The notes under the pieces were generated by a model. That model saw nothing but the letters and a program-made list of their open reading frames with translations. It had not been told where the DNA came from and made no database searches. From positions 832,001 to 896,000 of the forward strand of contig CAWFFH010000003.1 in assembly GCA_963815095.1 (NCBI GenBank): 64,000 nucleotides of DNA, written 5' to 3'. The position numbers and the translations under genes were made by a program. Source of the DNA: Candidatus Bathyarchaeota archaeon (GTDB lineage Archaea > Thermoproteota > Bathyarchaeia > Bathyarchaeales > Bathycorpusculaceae). Shown here one piece after another: positions 60,184 through 64,000 of this stretch. Every line of letters starts with the position of its first letter. Within the stretch, counting starts at the first letter, position 1.

Positions 60184-61269
60184 TTAGCGTTCGCGTTTGC
60201 CGGCTATCCAATCTTCCGTCCATTCTCTAGCTTGTGAATCTGGCACTTGAACTGGCGGATGCTTAAACGCATAACTCGGCATGCTTATGAGTGTACCTGA
60301 GATTTTGCGGTCCAGAGCGATTTTGGCGGCGCGAATAAGATCTATGACTACGCCAGCGCTGTTGGGTGAGTCTTCCACTTCGAGTTTTGCACTGATGGTT
60401 ATAGGTCGGTCACCGAAGGCGCGGGTCTTGATTGATAAGTAGCATATTTTCTTGTTCTTTAGGAAAGGCACGAAATCTGAGGGTCCGATTCTTGTTGGCA
60501 GAGGGTAGGGTACAAGGCTTGTGACTGCCTCGGTTTTGCTTATGCGTTTGGATGTGAGGCGGTTTTCGACGGTCATGTTTTGGAAGTCTGTGTCTCCACC
60601 TAGGTTCAACTGGTAAGTTTCATCCACGATAGCGCCGCGGTCTAGGCAAAGCCTGATTAAGGTACGGTGCAAAATCGTTGCGCCAACTTGGCTTTTGATG
60701 TCATCGCCCAAAACTGGCAATCCTGCAGCCTCGAATTTTTTGGGCCATTCTTTGGAAGCGTCAGAACCAATGAATTCAGGCATGCAATTCACAAATGCAC
60801 ATCCCGCGTCGATAGCACATTGGGCGTAGAAGCGAACTGCGTCGTGGCTGCCGACTGGAAGGTAGTTGACGAGAATTTGTGCTTTGGATTCTTTGAGAAC
60901 TTTGACGACGCTATCTTTGGGAGTTTTGCTGTCGTCATAGACATTGAATGTTTCCCGCATATGGGGTGCGGTGCCGTCCATGATTGGGGCGGGTGAAACT
61001 TTGACGCCGAGTTTGGGGACGTCGGCGAATTTTTCGCAGCAGTTCGGTTTTACCCAGATGGCTTCGGAGAGGTCTTTGCCGATTTTGTCTTTGTTAACTT
61101 CAAATGCGGCGACAAATTTTATGTCACTGATGTGGTAGCCGCCGTAATTCACATGCATGAGTCCGGGAACAGTTTCAGTTTCTTTAGCGTTCTTGTAGTA
61201 TTGGGTTCCTTGAATGAGGGCTGATGCGCTGTTGCCAACGCCTACTAATGCTACGCGAATTTCAGGCAT
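60184..61269 (-). CDS. ino1: myo-Inositol-1-phosphate synthase
   Basis: GVGN, NYLPVGS, GDDIKSQVGAT, SKRISKT, DSPNSAG. Confidence 0.95.
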   Translation of the reverse strand: MPEIRVALVGVGNSASALIQGTQYYKNAKETETVPGLMHVNYGGYHISDIKFVAAFEVNKDKIGKDLSEAIWVKPNCCEKFADVPKLGVKVSPAPIMDGTAPHMRETFNVYDDSKTPKDSVVKVLKESKAQILVNYLPVGSHDAVRFYAQCAIDAGCAFVNCMPEFIGSDASKEWPKKFEAAGLPVLGDDIKSQVGATILHRTLIRLCLDRGAIVDETYQLNLGGDTDFQNMTVENRLTSKRISKTEAVTSLVPYPLPTRIGPSDFVPFLKNKKICYLSIKTRAFGDRPITISAKLEVEDSPNSAGVVIDLIRAAKIALDRKISGTLISMPSYAFKHPPVQVPDSQAREWTEDWIAGKRER

Positions 61270-61570
61270 GAAACATTAACCATCCAATGAATCTGTTTTA
61301 GTTTAGGCTTAATGTGTGCCTACGCTATAACTTTTTCTAAAGAAACAATATTTTCTCTGGTGGTTGTTTATAAAAGGTTGTTTCGTTCAACAACTTCAAA
61401 AAGTTACTGGTTTATTGTGTTTTGTTGTTTGGGTTTCATTCTATTAGCCCCGAGAGTTACATGTGAACTTGAAACACTACTGAGATTATTCATTGAAACT
61501 GTTGTTTTGCTCTATAAGTGACTTCGATAAATTTGCCCAAGAGCTATAGCTGCACGTTTTTGAGTTAGAT

Positions 61571-61771
61571 CTATGCTGCTATTACTAATACCCATTTAAC
61601 TGAGCCGCATTTCCGGCAGGGTGGAAAAGTCTCAGTTTTTGACAAGGGGATGCGTGACTTTTCACCTTTACTTTTGCAGAAATGTTCGTACAATCCTGAT
61701 TCTGGGCATTTCTCGCCGGTTCGGAAGAATTTTTTGGTCGTTTTTTTGTATGCGGCTTTTTTCTCTGGCAT
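61571..61771 (-). CDS. YjzC-like small zinc-ribbon protein
   Basis: TGEKCPESGLY..TFPPCRKC..W. Confidence 0.7.
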   Translation of the reverse strand: MPEKKAAYKKTTKKFFRTGEKCPESGLYEHFCKSKGEKSRIPLSKTETFPPCRKCGSVKWVLVIAA

Positions 61772-61859
61772 AACTATCAGACAAGTATTCTTTTGGTATG
61801 GTTTGGCATTATAAGCTTTGCTTACCCTTCAACTCACAATAAAGCAATTAAATGGTTGG

Positions 61860-62474
61860 TTAGAGGACTTTTCTAAGTGTTTCCATGTTAAAAACTGTGC
61901 ATGCACAGCCATTTTTTAACAAGGGTATACCTTGCCCAGTTATGTCCATGCCTTTGATAAGTGGACCCATAATTTTCATCTCTTCCCCACATGCAACCCC
62001 AACTATACCTTCATAGTTACTGTTTTTGATAATCTTGGGTATGCAGGAACCCCCGGGTAACAAGTAAACGTCGTAACCCTTCTTTCTCGCATACTGGTCT
62101 GCTTTGTTTACCATGCAATCATCTGAGCAATGCGCACACGTATAACATGGAATTTCCGAGTTGAACTTTGCTTTACAATTGCCATCCATATATTTTCGCG
62201 AGCAATGTGGAAGGAAAAGTGCTCTCTTCTTGGTTTGTAAAAACTTACCCCTCTCAATGCTGTTAATGGCTTGTAAGTCAATCAAATCCTGAATCAAAGC
62301 AACCGCATCTGAGAGGTTTAGTCCAGTTGCCTCTTGAATCTTAAACTTAATAATTAAATCATTGAGCGTTGTGAGGAAACTTTTGTGCATGCCCTTCTGA
62401 TAACTAACCAAAGCGATTTCAGTGAAGAAGAAACGCGGGACCTTAGACAGGTCAAAAGTGAATTTATAGGGCAT
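61860..62474 (-). CDS. DUF116 family protein
   Basis: FLPHC, C..C..C, PGGS, GVAC..E, PL..GC. Confidence 0.85.
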   Translation of the reverse strand: MPYKFTFDLSKVPRFFFTEIALVSYQKGMHKSFLTTLNDLIIKFKIQEATGLNLSDAVALIQDLIDLQAINSIERGKFLQTKKRALFLPHCSRKYMDGNCKAKFNSEIPCYTCAHCSDDCMVNKADQYARKKGYDVYLLPGGSCIPKIIKNSNYEGIVGVACGEEMKIMGPLIKGMDITGQGIPLLKNGCACTVFNMETLRKVL

Positions 62475-62534
62475 AACTTAGCATAAGTTACATGCGTACT
62501 TAAAAAAATTGCTTATCACTAGTTAAGATTTGCC

Positions 62535-62813
62535 TTAACTCTTTTTTTCCAGATTTGAATCTAAAAGCTCTCGAATGGATTTGAGGTCTTCCCGCAACCG
62601 TTCTACTTCCGCTTCAAGGTTGCTTGCTTTTGTCTCAGCATCCGTCTTCAAGTCCTCAAGGCTGTTTTGTAATTCAGGTTTTGAATCAAGCATTTCCATA
62701 TTCTGATGTAGCTTTTTGAGGTTTTGTTTGAGTCCTGATTGGATTTCTTTAAGTTTAGCAATTGATTCTTTAATATTTGGCAAGTTTGAAGTTTCTACGT
62801 CGGAATTAACCAT
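62535..62813 (-). CDS. Coiled-coil hypothetical protein
   Basis: Heptad pattern; 92 aa downstream of tfb. Confidence 0.6.
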   Translation of the reverse strand: MVNSDVETSNLPNIKESIAKLKEIQSGLKQNLKKLHQNMEMLDSKPELQNSLEDLKTDAETKASNLEAEVERLREDLKSIRELLDSNLEKKS

Positions 62814-62840
62814 AAATAGAGCCTTAAAAGGGAGGGGAAG

Positions 62841-63821
62841 TTAGATGCTTATTTGGAACATTAAGCGTTCCACGAGCTCTTTGTACCTGTTCCGGATAGT
62901 AACTTCAGTTACTTGTGCAATCTCGGCGATTTCTCTCTGCGTCTTGCGCTCACCTGTTAATACGGATGCAACATAACTTGCTGCGGCTGCAATTCCTGTT
63001 GGTCCTCTGCCTGAGGTAAGTTTAAGTTCTTTTGCTGCACCCAGAATTTTGTGGGCAATTTCCTCCACTTTACCTTGCATGGTGAGTTGGTTGGAGAACT
63101 TTGTTATGTATTGGCTTGGTCTTAGCGGTGGGATGGAGTAGTTTAGTTCTCTGATTAGAAAACGATAGCTTCGTCCAACTTCTTTCTTATTAACTCCCGA
63201 TGCCTGAGCTATTTCGTCTAAAGTTCGAGGTAAACCGCATTGCCTGCATGCTAAATAGAGAGCGGCTGAGGTAACGCCTTGAATGGATCTGCCTCTGATT
63301 AGACGCTCTTTTACTGCTTTACGGTAAATTACTGAGGCTGTTTCAAGGATGTTCTTTGGAAGGTTTAGGTTGCTGGAAATCTTTGTGATTTCGGAGAGTG
63401 CAAACGCCAAGTTTCGTTCGGTTGCGTCTGAAACCCTGATGCGTCTCTGCCACTTCCTAAGTCTGTAAACTTGTGCTTTCTGACCAGGTGAGAGGCTTTT
63501 CCCATAGATGTCTCGATCGTGCCAGTCGATGGTTGTTGATAATCCCTTGTCATGGATTGTATAGGTTAGAGGCGCCCCAACACGTGTTCTCTTTGACCTT
63601 TGCTCATCATCAAAAGCTCGCCATTCTGGTCCACGGTCGGCAAGTTTTTGTTGCACGACAATTCCGCAGTCCATGCATACTATCTCGGCTGCTTCAGAAT
63701 CATGCATAAGTCGCAGACTGCCGCATTCAGGACAGACCCGCGCTTTCTGGGGTTCTGCTTGAGGTGCAGCTTGATCTGGATTGACTTTTGTTTGTTCATG
63801 TAACTTGATAGCTCTACTCAT
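62841..63821 (-). CDS. tfb: Transcription initiation factor IIB
   Basis: CPECG Zn ribbon, GPEWRAF, HDKGLST, two cyclin repeats, TEVTIRNRY. Confidence 0.97.
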   Translation of the reverse strand: MSRAIKLHEQTKVNPDQAAPQAEPQKARVCPECGSLRLMHDSEAAEIVCMDCGIVVQQKLADRGPEWRAFDDEQRSKRTRVGAPLTYTIHDKGLSTTIDWHDRDIYGKSLSPGQKAQVYRLRKWQRRIRVSDATERNLAFALSEITKISSNLNLPKNILETASVIYRKAVKERLIRGRSIQGVTSAALYLACRQCGLPRTLDEIAQASGVNKKEVGRSYRFLIRELNYSIPPLRPSQYITKFSNQLTMQGKVEEIAHKILGAAKELKLTSGRGPTGIAAAASYVASVLTGERKTQREIAEIAQVTEVTIRNRYKELVERLMFQISI

Positions 63822-64000
63822 GATCTATTGCTCCGTTTTGTTTTCGAGAGAAGCAAGTAGACCGGTTTATTCACTAGTTTCTCAGGTTCCCTAACGCTTG
63901 ATTTAATCACTGCATAAGGTGCTGAGACAGGACCTATGATATCAAAAACTTTGCCCACAACATTTAAGTTCTCGTCGACAACTTCAAAGCCCATTTTCGG
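63818..64000 (-). CDS. gar1: H/ACA RNP component Gar1 (5'-truncated by window edge)
   Basis: ..[19 protein letters not shown]..; ATGA overlap with tfb, the usual gar1-tfb arrangement. Confidence 0.85.
   Translation of the reverse strand, partial: PKMGFEVVDENLNVVGKVFDIIGPVSAPYAVIKSSVREPEKLVNKPVYLLLSKTKRSNRS

Overview
Archaeal chromosomal segment, most likely Bathyarchaeia. This is inferred from TFB/TFE/NAC/aMBF1/Gar1/aEF-1beta, TrmB-type regulators and a solo terminase. Two housekeeping blocks flank a more accessory centre. The left block (about 4-19 kb) holds rtcB, adk, archease, an M42 peptidase, an MtdA-like dehydrogenase, ef1b, cdc48, tandem signal peptidases and transporters. The right block (about 52-64 kb) holds DUF2110, an HDIG protein, tfe, trm56, hflX, mbf1, a PUA protein, nac, gcvH, ino1, tfb and gar1. 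The centre (about 20.8-51 kb) contains a capsid-less HTH + terminase-large-subunit pair, several wHTH/TrmB regulators with a shared TGA-N10-TCA palindrome, decayed genes and sucCD. It also contains a translationally coupled operon led by a divergent SelO-like (pseudokinase-fold) enzyme, tRNA-Val(TAC), and an operon linking a stand-alone TiaS-N-like enzyme to an ECF S-component. Five genes carry in-frame stops or 1-nt frameshifts, which could be decay or sequence error. No CRISPR array, rRNA or intact transposase/integrase was seen. All family calls come from motif recognition by eye; no searches were run.
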